DNA of 64,000 nt. It comes from Lama guanicoe. Its lineage: Eukaryota. The notes beneath the pieces are model-generated. The model saw nothing but the letters and a program-made list of their open reading frames with translations, ran no database searches and was not told the origin of the DNA. Where the stretch lies: the NCBI GenBank assembly GCA_013239625.1, contig MU053365.1, positions 124,001 through 188,000 of the forward strand, read 5' to 3'. This document shows positions 37,578 to 48,594 of this stretch, one piece after another; position 1 is the stretch's first letter, and each line of letters starts with the position of its first letter. Both the position numbers and the translations under genes were made by a program.

Positions 37578-38040
37578 TATTCATTCATTCGCTCATTCAT
37601 TATGTCAACAGATATTTATTTGGGACCTCCAGGATGCCAGCAATGTGCAAAATGGACAACTTGTGTTTCCTGGAACTTTGAGTCTTGTCGTTCATGGGGG
37701 AAACAAACGTCAGCACGTGACTTCACTAACAGTTTAGATGTTCTCAGAAAAAACTCTGTCCAGGGAACCCTGAGGACCAGGAGGAGGAGGAGAGCAAGAT
37801 CAGTTCTCCTGGGTCAGTTGATGGCCAGGAAAGGCTTGCCAGGAGCTGAGTCTTGACAGATGAGATATGCTTTAGGTGGGCAGAACAGTGAACTTTCCAG
37901 GCTCAGGGAGCAGGAGGGGCAAAGGCACAGAGACAGGGCACAATCTGGGGTATTCAGGGAACTGCTAGAGCTTCAGTGTGGCTGAACCGTAAGGCAGATA
38001 ACAAGTGGGACTGCAACCATGGAAAAGACTGAGAACTTCC
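37578..38040 (-). mobile_element. L2 fragment
   Basis: ttcattcattcgctcattcattatgtcaacagatatttatt...ggccaggaaaggctt...gagctgagtcttga...gcaaaggcacagag. Confidence 0.65.
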
Positions 38041-38619
38041 ACTGGTTGCCCTGGAGGAGTTTCCGGGAAGGATTGTTGAGTGAGGAAAGCTAGGTGCAGA
38101 AAAGCGTCCACCGTGTGGTCTCGGTTTTGTAAAACAAGGACCGACCACCCCAAATGTATTTACTGGAGTGCGTGTGCGCATGTGTGTCTGTGCGTATGCA
38201 CGTATATCTGAATGTGACTCTGTGAGCGTGTAGAAAAATATGGAAAACAGCAGTCCAGGATGTTGACATGTGTTATGGAAGATGAGACAGAAGTGAGTGG
38301 AGGTGAAAGCAGAAGGAGGAAGGTCATGTGAAAAGGGAAAGAGATATGAAATGAGTGAACAATGCCATGGACTGACCTACAAATGAATGGATGGGCAGAG
38401 CATGGAGTGTAACGGCAGGACTTGCTATGGATCTGGCTTCCTGAGTTCAGTGAACATGAGTCCAGCCTGGGGTGGGAGCCAGCTGGTGCCAACAGTTTAA
38501 CATGGAAGTGAAGGTCCTTGCCAGAGTCCAGGGACCTGGGGTTTGGGATAAGCTCGGGCTTCATCCAGAAGCCTGAGGACAGCTCAGGCCTATGAGCACT
38601 TACCGCTAACCAGCAGGGT

Positions 38620-38887
38620 CAGTATTGTGTGACAGCTCGCATGTGTTTGCATTCGGATCATTTTGGGTTAGAATCCTAGCTTTGCCTGTTATCAGCTGGG
38701 TGACCTTGGGAAAGTTACTTAACACCTCAGTGCATACTTCCATCTCTTCAACTGCGAAATGGAGCTGAAAATAGTACCTCCCTGGTGGTTTGTTGTGATG
38801 ATTAAATGAGTAAATAAATATTTGTACATCATTTAGGATCGTGCCCAGCACATGGTAACCACTTCATAGACGTTAGCTACTAACAAT
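38620..38887 (+). mobile_element. Near full-length MIR
   Basis: gggttagaatcctagctttgcc...agctgggtgaccttgggaaagttacttaacacctcagtgc...aatagtacctccc...gattaaatgag...gtgcccagcacatggtaa...gttagcta. Confidence 0.88.
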
Positions 38888-38964
38888 GGCAGTAATAATC
38901 ATTTCAGGGTACAAGAATAATTAAAGCTTTACTTCATAATTAGAAGAAAGGAAAGAAAAATCGT

Positions 38965-39160
38965 GGTTACCCAATGCCTACCATGTGCCAGGTAGTAATG
39001 CTTTTCCTAGTAGAACCTTCATGACAGTCTCTTGGTAGTCTGTCCGCTACACAGTGTGGATGCTGAGGCTCAGCGAGGGGAGGTAACTGGGCTGAAGTCA
39101 CACAGCCAGACAGTGGCGGTGCTGCGACTGAATCTCAGTGTATCTGCTTCCAAGGCCCTG
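38965..39160 (-). mobile_element. MIR
   Basis: atgcctaccatgtgccagg...ctgaggctcagcgaggggaggtaact...aagtcacacagc. Confidence 0.7.
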
Positions 39161-39168
39161 TCTTGATT

Positions 39169-39313
39169 ATTTCTTTTTTTAGTGGGGGGGCGGGGAGGGA
39201 GGTGATTAGGTTTGTTTGTTTGTTTATTTATTTATTTCTAGAGGAGGTGCTGGGGAACCAGGACCTCGTGCACGCTAAGCATGCGCTCTACCCCTTGAGC
39301 TATACCCTCCCCC
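39169..39313 (-). mobile_element. tRNA-Ala-derived SINE (camelid Vic-1 type)
   Basis: Antisense head ccaggacctcgtgcacgctaagcatgcgctctaccccttgagctataccctcccc and tail ggtgattaggtttgtttgtttgtttatttattt; exact 21-bp TSD ttccaaggccctgtcttgatt (39148-39168, 39314-39334). Confidence 0.9.
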
Positions 39314-41061
39314 TTCCAAGGCCCTGTCTTGATTGACTTTGTCCTTAGACCAATGGTGCCCGTAATTCTTAAGCATGTTTCTTTTAAGTCAGGTGAGACC
39401 TTCACAGACGTAAGGAAACTTGAGCTGGAGGTGAATGTCCAGTGGGGACAGGGTGCCTTCCTGAGGGATTTCTGATGTCCTCTTATACCCTCTTTGGGGT
39501 CTTGGACTGAAATTAAAGCTAGAGCTGCTTTCTCCAGCAAAATCCACCCAGGCACACACATACGAGATTGTGCGGACTGTTTCAGGGATCGGTAGCTCTC
39601 TTGAAGCCTGTCCATGGACCTGGTTAAAAAATTGCTCTTGTGCGAGGAGGGGAAAGCCTTGTGGCTTCAGAGGTCCCCCACCCCCTCCCCTTGCTGCTTT
39701 CTTCTTTCTGTTCACCTGTCAGCAACCCAGGCTTTCAGAGCGGGAGACTTTGGTGACCCAATCCCCTTTGGTTTATGGGTGTGGAAACTGAGGCCCAGGG
39801 AGGGGTAGTTCCTTACTGGGGTGCCACAGCCGAACTCCCACTGGAGAGGGGAGCGATGGGCACTTCTTGGTGCTCTGCAGACTCTTTTACCTGCATGAGC
39901 TTGCTTCACCCTCATGAGACTCTGGCTTCCAATCTGGTTCTGCCAATTTGCTACCTATGTGGGTAAACTACTAAGTATTCCCAAGCCTTGTTTTTTTTTC
40001 CCCTTCCACTGTAACCTGAGGATAATTCCCGGGGCCATTGTGAGGATGGAGGTGCTGTGCCTGTGCCTGGGGCAGGTGGCGGTCTAGAGATGTGATGTCC
40101 TGCTCTGTTCCCCTGTGCATCATGGGATGCTGTGTGGCCACCGACAGAGTGAACACATCCTGGCTCACAGTGGAGGGGACTCTGGGCATCTGATTTTTGT
40201 ACAGCAACGGGGATACACACATTTCTGGACACCCACAATTTGCAGGACCTTGGGCAAGGTGTGTGCAGGACAAGGATCCCCTCTTCCAGAGCTATATTTG
40301 GACAGCAGAGCAGGCAGCAGTAGTCATCTAGGGGGCACAGAGGGTGCAGGTTGTAGAAAGACTCAGGGGAAGAGCTGAGACCCCAACAGATGGAGCTGGG
40401 CAGTGAAAGCCAGAGAGCTTTGGAAATCAGGTTTCAGCCCATCCCCACGTGGAACAGAATGCACGATGGGAAAATCCCAGCAGAATCAACAGTTGTGTGC
40501 TCCAGCCAGTAAGGCTGATGGCTAGCCTGACTGTCCTGGAGATGCTGTCCTCCCACTGGCCCAGCCTTCCCTGAGCCACAGACTTCAGGTGCCCCACCAT
40601 CTACTTTGTACTCAGTCCCAAGTCGCCTAATGGCTGATGAGCCCCCTGCCTCGCAGCCAGGGGAAAGAAAGAGCACAGAACGAGCAGAGTACGGGATTGT
40701 GGCCCAGCAGGGGCCTTGGATGAGTGGTTGCTTGTGGCGGCCGCTGCCACACTAGAGGCCCCTGTGTGTCTCGAGGTGCCCGGAGGGACGCCTTGGTGGA
40801 GCAGGGGTGAGGGAGGCTCCGTCTTTCCGGGCTGGGATGCTGTAGGGGTAGGAACACCAACAGCTGAGGAGCTGCGATCAGCTCAGGATGGGGGGTAGAC
40901 CCTCCCCGGCAACCAGTCCTGAGGCCGCGGGCCCCCCGTGCAGTCCTCTGCCCGGGCTCGCCGTGCTACCCTGCGGAGCTGCCAGGTCGGACTCCCTGGT
41001 CCTCCGCTCTCGCCTCCGGCCCTGAAGTGAAAGCTCTCCAGGAAAGTAAGCTCCCAGCTCG

Positions 41062-41260
41062 GGGAGGTCGTTTTAAAATAACCCGCAGAAGTTCTTTGAA
41101 GACATTGCTGTTGTGGCAGATAAAGGAAACTCGGGGGCTACTGTGTGCTTGGATTTTTAAAAAGCATCTGACAATGTTCAGCATCTGAGATGAATGGGCG
41201 ACACGCATGGTAATGGGAGAGGCTGTTAGATGGTATGAGGGTTGAATTAAAAATAGCACT
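41062..41260 (+). mobile_element. Ancient CR1-clade LINE reverse-transcriptase relic
   Basis: One frame from 41062 reads GRSF*NNPQKFFEDIAVVADKGNSGATVCLDF*KASDNVQH, colinear with the CR1 RT motif GRSCLTNLLEFFEEV..VDKG.PVDVVYLDFQKAFDKVPH. Confidence 0.75.
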
Positions 41261-41859
41261 TGGCCCTTCTGTAAGCCTATCTTTGAAGGGTCTCTCCTGT
41301 GAAACACCATCGACGACACCCAGTTTCTCTCAAGCCAGACTCCACCATGAGCCCATTTATTTATTGCCAGCAGGATCTCAGCCCCCTCAACCCAGCTGCA
41401 GGGCTGGCTCCAAAACCCTCACCTTGGAAAGGGAATCCCCAGGCACAGTATTTTGGACTCACAGCTAGGATTCCCCCCGGCGCAGGGCTCCCATTTCTGG
41501 TGGCCCTGTGCCGTCACTGTTGAATGCAGTAGCCCCGACAGCAACGCGATATGATGTCCAGCCCTGGTTTCCAATAAACTGTTTCTTTCCCAGCACCCTC
41601 CCAGGGTCTCATTAACACATGGAAATAGATGCTCACGATGGCAGGAACTCCCAAGGGCCAGGATGGAATGGGGGGCCGCTTTGTCCTCAGGTCTCCCCCG
41701 TTTGAGAATTATTGCTGTAGCAGAGCAGGGGCTGAGCTGGCAGGCGGAGACCAGGGTTCGAGTTGTGACCTTGAGCAAACCGCCCCCCTCCTGTAGCCCA
41801 TCTCCTGGTCTCTGGTTCCATACCAGGGTTTCTTTCTTCTACTTCAGAACCAAACGGGT

Positions 41860-42002
41860 GGGGGCTGGGTGGAAACATGCAGGTCCCTTGGCCCCTCATC
41901 AGCCAACTAAAGCAGAATCCCAGGGGGTGGGGCTTGGGGACCCATGTGCCTATCAAACTGTCCAAGAGTTCGTGAGCGTTGTGGAATCTGGGGACCAGTT
42001 GG
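41860..42002. mobile_element. MER5-like MITE fragment
   Basis: aaacatgcaggtccct...ccaactaaagcagaatcccagggggtggggcttgggga. Confidence 0.5.
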
Positions 42003-42234
42003 CCCTCGTATCAGTAATGAGGTGGTTTCAACCTTTTGGACAGTGACATCTTTTCAGCAAGAACACGGGTGAAGACGTCCTCCTGGCAGGCTATGCTGCA
42101 CCCCCTCGGCTAATGGATACGTGTGACCATAGCAGGATTTCTAGCTACCGGGTGTCCTGGTGCTCCATTGCCTATGACGTGGCGCTTGGCCTCCCGGCTG
42201 GCTGTTGCGTGGGGACACAATCGCTCCCTCCGCC

Positions 42235-43175
42235 ATGCATCCACACACAGACGTACACGTGGACACTCCTCCACACCTTTCCGTATATGCTCCCCTTCTC
42301 CACGTATCAAGCCCTTGCACACATGTCCATAGCACCCCCCATTCCTACACTGACATGTCCACACTCACGTACACTCTCTCACACATTTATATACAACCAC
42401 CCCACCCGTGCACTGACACCCCCATATGCACATGCAGCTGCCAGACACAGTCCCGTGTGTTAACGCAGTCCTCACACCCCCACCTCCTGCTCACAGACAC
42501 ACACACAGAGTTCCTGCAGCCACGCATGACACACGTGTCCACAGAGTATCTGGTCGATCCTGACTCACAGCCTCACACACGTACTCACAACAGCCTCACT
42601 CAGAACGCACAACACGTGTTTACATAGAGATCTCCTCACCGACACACTCACGTGCTCACACACATGCCCTCCCTCACCTGTGTGCACCCCTCTGCATACA
42701 TGTACACCCCTTCCCCTCCATTTGTACAGGTGTCCACGCCTGGACATTTCCAGTTCCTCACCTGACCTTTCATCCACACACATTCACACACACACACGCC
42801 TTGCCCCCATGCACATACATGTGTAGACCCCTCACTCATGCACATACACACACACCTGCACACGGACACACGTAGGTGCATATACACCTCCTCACCCAGT
42901 CTCTGTCTCTGTCACACATACACACACAGCACAAACACACAGTTATGTATACGCCTGTCACCCATTCTGTCTCATGTAGATGAATCCCTACACACTGTTC
43001 ACACACACAGGTACCCATGTACCCTCCTCATCCATCCTGTCTCACACGTACACGTGTATGTGTGCACCACTCTCACCCATCCGCTCACACACACAAAGTC
43101 CATGTATGCCATCGTCTCTTTTCTCTCACACACGTGGGTGCCTGTACACACACGCACCCCCCACACATTCTCTCT
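42235..43175. repeat. Degenerate (CA)-rich low-complexity tract, about 0.9 kb
   Basis: Interrupted cacacac/cacatgc/cacgt units throughout, with strong C/A strand bias. Confidence 0.85.
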
Positions 43176-43549
43176 CCTCTACGCAGGGACCCCTGCACCG
43201 TCAGCGCCCAGACCACGCACGCTGTCAGACGTTTGAGTTCTTGCTGGGCATCAGCTGTTTCTGGGCCTTGTGAAAGCCGCCACATCCTTCTCGATGTTCG
43301 TGGGCTCCAGTGAAGCAGCCTGTCTGGGGGCGCTCAGAACTGGGGGCACCCACCCGCCTTCCTCCTCCCGGCATTCCGGGTTGCTGGCGGCTACAGGTGC
43401 GGGGATGCAGCCTTTGCCATGTTGGGGGTGGGGTGGTCTGTGGTCTTACCCTCCTCTGCCTGCACCCCACTTCTGCTTAGAGGTTGCAGAGGACCCCGAG
43501 TTTCCCCTTCTGCACCTCAGGATGCCAGGAGAGGATGGGTGACTTTTCC

Positions 43550-43830
43550 TGTTCTTCTATTTCTATTTTTAATTACAACTAACGGGGGACCAGAGTGAAA
43601 CATTTTAGCAATTTAATCTGAGTGTAAAATCGTGTATTTTCACTTCATTAACTAAAAGGGAAATCAAACGGCTTATCAAAGGCTGAGCTTCACATTTGCA
43701 TACGGGTCTGGGATTCACGAAGCAGGATTTGTAACAGCTATAAAAGCCCCTTGGCGGTCTCTGGGGGCCACTGGCCGTATCGTTCTGACTGCAGTGTTAT
43801 AAAATGACATTTGGGCGTGAAGGCGGATGG
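43550..43830. promoter_or_regulatory. Candidate conserved non-coding element
   Basis: Octamer ATTTGCAT 43694-43701, TCF/LEF ATCAAAG 43675-43681, TATAAAAG 43739-43746 and TAAT cores; repeat-free. Confidence 0.4.
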
Positions 43831-43931
43831 GCGTGCTTGCTGTAGTCACCTTTGCCTGCTGGCTGGGCCCCCAAAGCCGGTGGCATCGCTTCTCTCTTGA
43901 GTCACAGAGAAGCAGGCAGAGGCTACAGCTG

Positions 43932-44438
43932 TGTATTAGGTATATATTGCTGCATCACAAAATCACCCCACAACTTAGTGGTTGGTTAAAACAATAAACA
44001 ATCATTATCTGAATGTCTCTCTGGGTCAGGAATCTGGAGGGGGAGATCTGGGAGCCTCTGGCTTGAGGTCTTGTAAGAAGTTGTGGTCATGATGCCTGAA
44101 GTCATTTCAAGCCTAGACTAAGGGGGAGGGGACCCTTCCCAGCTCACCCACATGGGCCCCTCCAAATGGCTATGTCCTGGCATGGCAGCTGGCTTCCCCG
44201 AGAATGAGCCATCTGAGACTGAGGGAGTATAAATAGGTGAGAAACAGAAACCAAGGTGGAAGCTGGAGTCTTCCAGTAATCTAATCTCGGAAGTGACATT
44301 CGATCACTTCTGCCAAGTTCTGTTTTGTTAGAAGTCAATCACTAAGTCCGGCCCAAATTTAGGCCGGGGGTATTGCGCACGGGCATGAACACCAGGAGGT
44401 GGGGCCACTGGAAGACCGCCTTGGATAGCACTTACTGC
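43932..44438 (-). mobile_element. MaLR solo LTR (MLT1F-like)
   Basis: tgtattagg...aacttagtgg...gggtcaggaatctgg...ctcggaagtgacattcgatcacttctgcc...ttagaagtcaatcactaagtccggccca...gggcatgaacaccaggaggtgggg. Confidence 0.8.
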
Positions 44439-45859
44439 GGTTTGCAAGGGGGCCTTGGAAGAGAAAGTATTGTCAAAGATGGAGTAGCAGGTGACCCCCT
44501 CTTTAGCCCTTCTTTCAAACTCTCTCCTTTTTTCTTTCCCTTTAGGACTTCTCTCTTCACCTCCAGAAGCCACTCACAGGGTATCTCATCAGTTTATGAT
44601 GGGAACAAATGAATCACTTTTAAAGTTTTGAACTCATTAGAAACTCAGTTGTGCGGGTAGTGTCTGGGGATGCAGTCAAGGCAACCACGAGAAGGCTCAG
44701 TGGCTCCACATTAGGATGTGGGCAGCAATCCTGAAAAGTGAGCTAGAAGCCCAGGAGAAGGGAGGATTGTGGATGGGCGCGCCATCAAGGCCAGTGGAGA
44801 GCCGCTGTTTGGGTTTATGCAGGGAGGGGAGAGCGAACCTGGAGGGTAGTTACTACAAAGAGCGGGTTTGGGATGGAGAGGTGGAGAAGACTTGGGTTAT
44901 TTTGGTGCAGGCCATAGTATATATTTTCCTCCTTGGCCCCCCTACCCTCTCCAACTTTCTCCAGGGTCGTTTAGTAAAGTCCAGCCTTACTCCTCCCAGC
45001 ATCCTGGAATTGGGGATGTGAGTCTTTTGCAGAAATACTAGGCTGAGATTGGCCTCCGAGTAACCCAGTTTCCTTCCAGTTACAGTTGTTCTGTCTGCCT
45101 TGAGAACAAGCCTGGATCTTAGTCATCACTCTACACCCAAGGTTGGACCCAGTCTTGGCAGAGAGTAGGTACTATAGAGTGGAGAATGTTTGTGCGGTCC
45201 AGCCACTCCTTTATATCCAGATATTCCTATGGAACGTCTAGCCTGTGCCAGAAACTGTGCTAAGCCATGTAGAGGGGAAACAAATCACACAAAATAGGTC
45301 TTGTCCCCTAGAGGTATAAGCTGGTGGAGGGAAGAGCTAAGACATGTGCCCAAATAACAAAAACACAGCACAGTGTAGCATGTACAAAGGGTCCGGAGGT
45401 GCTGTGAAGGCTGAGCTAGGGGCAAGACTGCTTGTGGCCGGGGGAGTGGAGAGTGTGAGCGATTTCCCAGAGCCTGGACTTGGGGATGTCAAGGAAGTGG
45501 GATTCAAGGTCAGTGGAAAGACAGACACCAGCAGAAGTATGTGGGAAGCTGGGATCCTCTGTGTGGCTCAGGCTGCGGGTCCATACTCAACTGTGATGAG
45601 GGACCTGGGAGCGGTGGCAGCGTCAGGTTGAACCTCGTTCCAGAAAGCTTTGAAGGCCACCCTTAGGAGCTCAGGGAGTCTTCAGAGGGATGGGACCTGG
45701 CAATTCAGGACGAGGGAGAACACATGACTGGCGGGCTTCAAACCAGGGTTAGTGGGCAAAGGTGACCTTAGGTGAGTGTGGAGAGGACCAGAGCAGAGCT
45801 AATGGGAAGGCCAGGTGGCTGGCCAGCTTTGTTAGGATGCTGCTGAGGGTGGTACTGGC

Positions 45860-46177
45860 TGATCTAGCAAATACAGAGCCAGCCCTAGAGGAGGGAGGTA
45901 AGTCTTCGTAGCACAGCGTGTGCTTAGCACGCACGAGGTCCTGGGTTTGATCCTGGGTTCGAGCCCCAGGACCTCCATTTAAAAAAAAAAAGCAGATCTC
46001 CAGTGAAAGTTGAATTTCAGAGAAACAGTAAATAAATGTTGAGTACATATAAGTAGATACCATGCAGTATTTGAGCTAAGCGTAACTATGGGACAAATGT
46101 AGCCTAAAACTATATCCTTTGTTCATCTGACATTCAAATTCAGCTGGTCCTGCTGCATGCTTTCCTGCAACCCTAGC
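45860..46177. mobile_element. MER53 palindromic MITE interrupted by a SINE
   Basis: gatctagcaaatacag [SINE] ccagtgaaagttgaatttcagagaaac...catgcagtatttg...gggacaaat...gttcatctgacattcaaattcagctgg...gcaacccta; arms 46001-46027 and 46120-46146 are imperfect inverted repeats. Confidence 0.7.
45889..45991 (+). mobile_element. Diverged tRNA-Ala-derived SINE (Vic-1 type) with duplicated B-box segment
   Basis: gcgtgtgcttagcacgcacgaggtcctgggtttgatcctgggttcgagccccaggacctcca followed by poly(A). Confidence 0.85.
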
Positions 46178-46264
46178 TGAGTAACGCTGTCCCCGTGGGA
46201 GGCCGAGGTCCCCACCTCCCCGATACCCCGACATGGAAGCAGTCATGCCTCTTTCTGTGCGGGC

Positions 46265-46452
46265 CCCGGTGTTAGAGCAGCTGAGTTCAAACCCGGTTTC
46301 TCCTGCTTATTAGTTGTGTGACCTTGGGAGAGTGACTCAACGTCCCTGAAAACTCATCTAGGAAGTGGGGAGAATGGCTCCGATCTTGACCACCTACCAG
46401 GGTGATGGTGGGGGCCAGATGAGGCAGCAGCGTGTGGTAGCGCTTTGAAAGC
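46265..46452 (+). mobile_element. MIR
   Basis: ctgagttcaaacccgg...ttattagttgtgtgaccttgggagagtgactcaac. Confidence 0.7.
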
Positions 46453-46599
46453 CACGGGGCATCGTGCGGCTCCGTAACGATCCCTGTATGGGTTGGATGT
46501 GGATTGGAGAAGTAGGCTGAAGAAGATGAATACATTGGCCTCATTAAGCAACCCGCTGGCTGGTATGGGATTTGGGGCTCTAATTAATTCTAAATCTCA

Positions 46600-47060
46600 A
46601 ATACCGAGCCTCCGCTTTTCCTTTCTTCTTCCTGAAAGCTGACGGAGGGCAGGAGCGGGAGCCGACCCGGCGCTGTGCACGCACTGCCGCCTCCGGGGTT
46701 GCATCATGTCCCACCGGGCAGCAGGCTCCGACGGCCCTGCCCTCCACCTCCCTGCGGCCACCTCAGCCAGGTGCCGCCGGCTCGCCGGGCAGCTGTCCCA
46801 CTGCCGTCCCCGCGCGCGTTGCTGTCCAGCGGCCGAGGGCCGCAGGCCGGGGGGAGGGGGGGGGGAGCCGGGAGCCCGGCTTCTGAGCACCTCTCTCCGA
46901 AGGCGCAGGGCCTCTTCTGCCGGCGGGGCTGTCGCAGAACACAGGCGCCAGGCGGGTGCCAGAGCCCATCCCTGCCCGGCGTTTGAATAGACTTCTAGGG
47001 AAAGGGCATGTTTATCAGAAAACCAGTAGACGGGTGCCAGGTATCGGCGCAGAGCTTGCG
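46600..47060. promoter_or_regulatory. CpG-island-like element
   Basis: Very GC- and CpG-rich non-repeat sequence (ccgcgcgcg, gccgccggctcgccggg) with a G-tract at 46849-46865. Confidence 0.6.
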
Positions 47061-47208
47061 TGTATAACTGTGATTCTCCTCAAAAGCTTGACAGCAAAGC
47101 CAGGGCAACGTGAAAGACAGACCGAAGGCAAATTATTGCAGTTCAAATCCCTTTTATTGCTTGAAATTTGCAGCAGCCACGGCAAAACCAACTCCAAAAA
47201 AAAAAAAA

Positions 47209-47349
47209 NNNNNNNNNNNNNNNNNNNNNNNNNNNNNNNNNNNNNNNNNNNNNNNNNNNNNNNNNNNNNNNNNNNNNNNNNNNNNNNNNNNNNNNNNNNN
47301 NNNNNNNNNNNNNNNNNNNNNNNNNNNNNNNNNNNNNNNNNNNNNNNNN
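47209..47349. other. Assembly gap (141 N) flanked by poly(A) and (AAAAG)n/(AC)n
   Basis: Run of N with an A-run on the left and aaaagaaaag...acacacac on the right. Confidence 0.99.
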
Positions 47350-47616
47350 AAAAAAAGAAAAGAAAAGAAAAGAAAAGAAACACACACACACACAAAACCC
47401 AATCCTGTCACAAGGAGCACAGAACTCCACAGCCTGTGGCAGATGTGAAAGTTCCCTGAATCGAAATGCTCGGAGTCTAAACCTGCCCCCACATGGGCGG
47501 GTGGCTGTGTGTATGGAGGGAGGGGCCGTTTGTTTGGTGCATTAAATTCCGGAAGGGGTTTTTCTTCTGGTGGCAGTATGGTGGCTGTCCCTGCTCTTTA
47601 AAGGAATGTCAGGGTC

Positions 47617-48011
47617 TGGTGTGGCCTGAATTGTGTCCCCCTCAAACTCATGCATTGGCGTTCTGATCCCCAGGACCTCAGATCATGACAGTATTTGGAG
47701 AACGGGGGTCTCTAACAGAGGTGATTAAGATCGAGTGAGGTCACTAGGCCGGGCCCTCACCCAGTCTGACTGGTGTCATTTTAAGAAGAGATTAGGATAC
47801 ATATACACACCAAGGTGTGACAGACATACGTGAGGACAGAGAGAGAAGGCAGCCATGTGTAAGTTGAGGAGAGAGGCCCAAGGAGAAACCAAACCTGCCA
47901 GAACCCTGACCTTGGACTTCTAGCTTCCAGAACTGTGAGAAGCTAGATGTGTCTTGTTTAAGCCCCCCAGTCTGCTGGACTTGGCTGCGGTGGCCCTAGC
48001 CGCCTAACACA
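47617..48011 (+). mobile_element. MaLR solo LTR (MLT1B-like)
   Basis: tggtgtggcctgaattgtgtcccc...gtatttggag...tgactggtgtc...ttggacttctagcttccagaactgtgag...gccctagccgcctaacaca; near-TSD gggtc/gggcc. Confidence 0.88.
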
Positions 48012-48594
48012 GGGCCCCAGGGAGCCTGGGGCAGCCCTGCCGGGCTCTTTCTAGTAGAGTTAGATGGCCATACAGCGATTCAGGCCTTGCAGGGCTTCGC
48101 TGCTCAAGCCTTTGCCCCTGTGCCAAGCAGCAGCAAAAACCACTGGACGAAGGCAGGGCATCTTCTTGGAACAAAAACCGTAGTTAGAAATTCCAAGGGA
48201 AATAGTTTAAATTTAAACACCCTTGGGTGGATTTTGGAACAGAATGCCAAAATTTCATGGGAATATTTAAGATGTGGCAAGTTACCTTAAACAAAGTTGC
48301 CTCTTGCTTCCAGAAAGGTATTAAGACTGGGATCATGGAGCAAAGCTTGTAAGCCAAGGTTAGGTGATGGGGATCTAATGAAAGGTTTTATCAGAGAATC
48401 CGACCTGAGTTATGTTCTGCCTGACTTCAGTTACGTACCTGCTTCTTAGACAAGACTGAAGCAAGACACCAGTCATTTAAAATGCCCAACTCCTATCTGA
48501 GATCAGGAATGGCAGAGGTGGGTGTGAGGGCGGGAGAAGGGGTGGGCAGAATGTTCTGGGGCTCATTTGTTTGATTGGATTTCCTGTTGGTACA

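Noticed and set aside
42110..43313. His/Thr-rich and Cys/Val-rich ORFs
   Set aside because: Translation artefacts of the CA/TG low-complexity tract
46597..46990. ORFs within the CpG island
   Set aside because: Open in several frames on both strands because of GC content, with no recognisable protein and no clear downstream donor
46956..47545. ORFs containing long X runs
   Set aside because: They read through the N gap and flanking simple repeats
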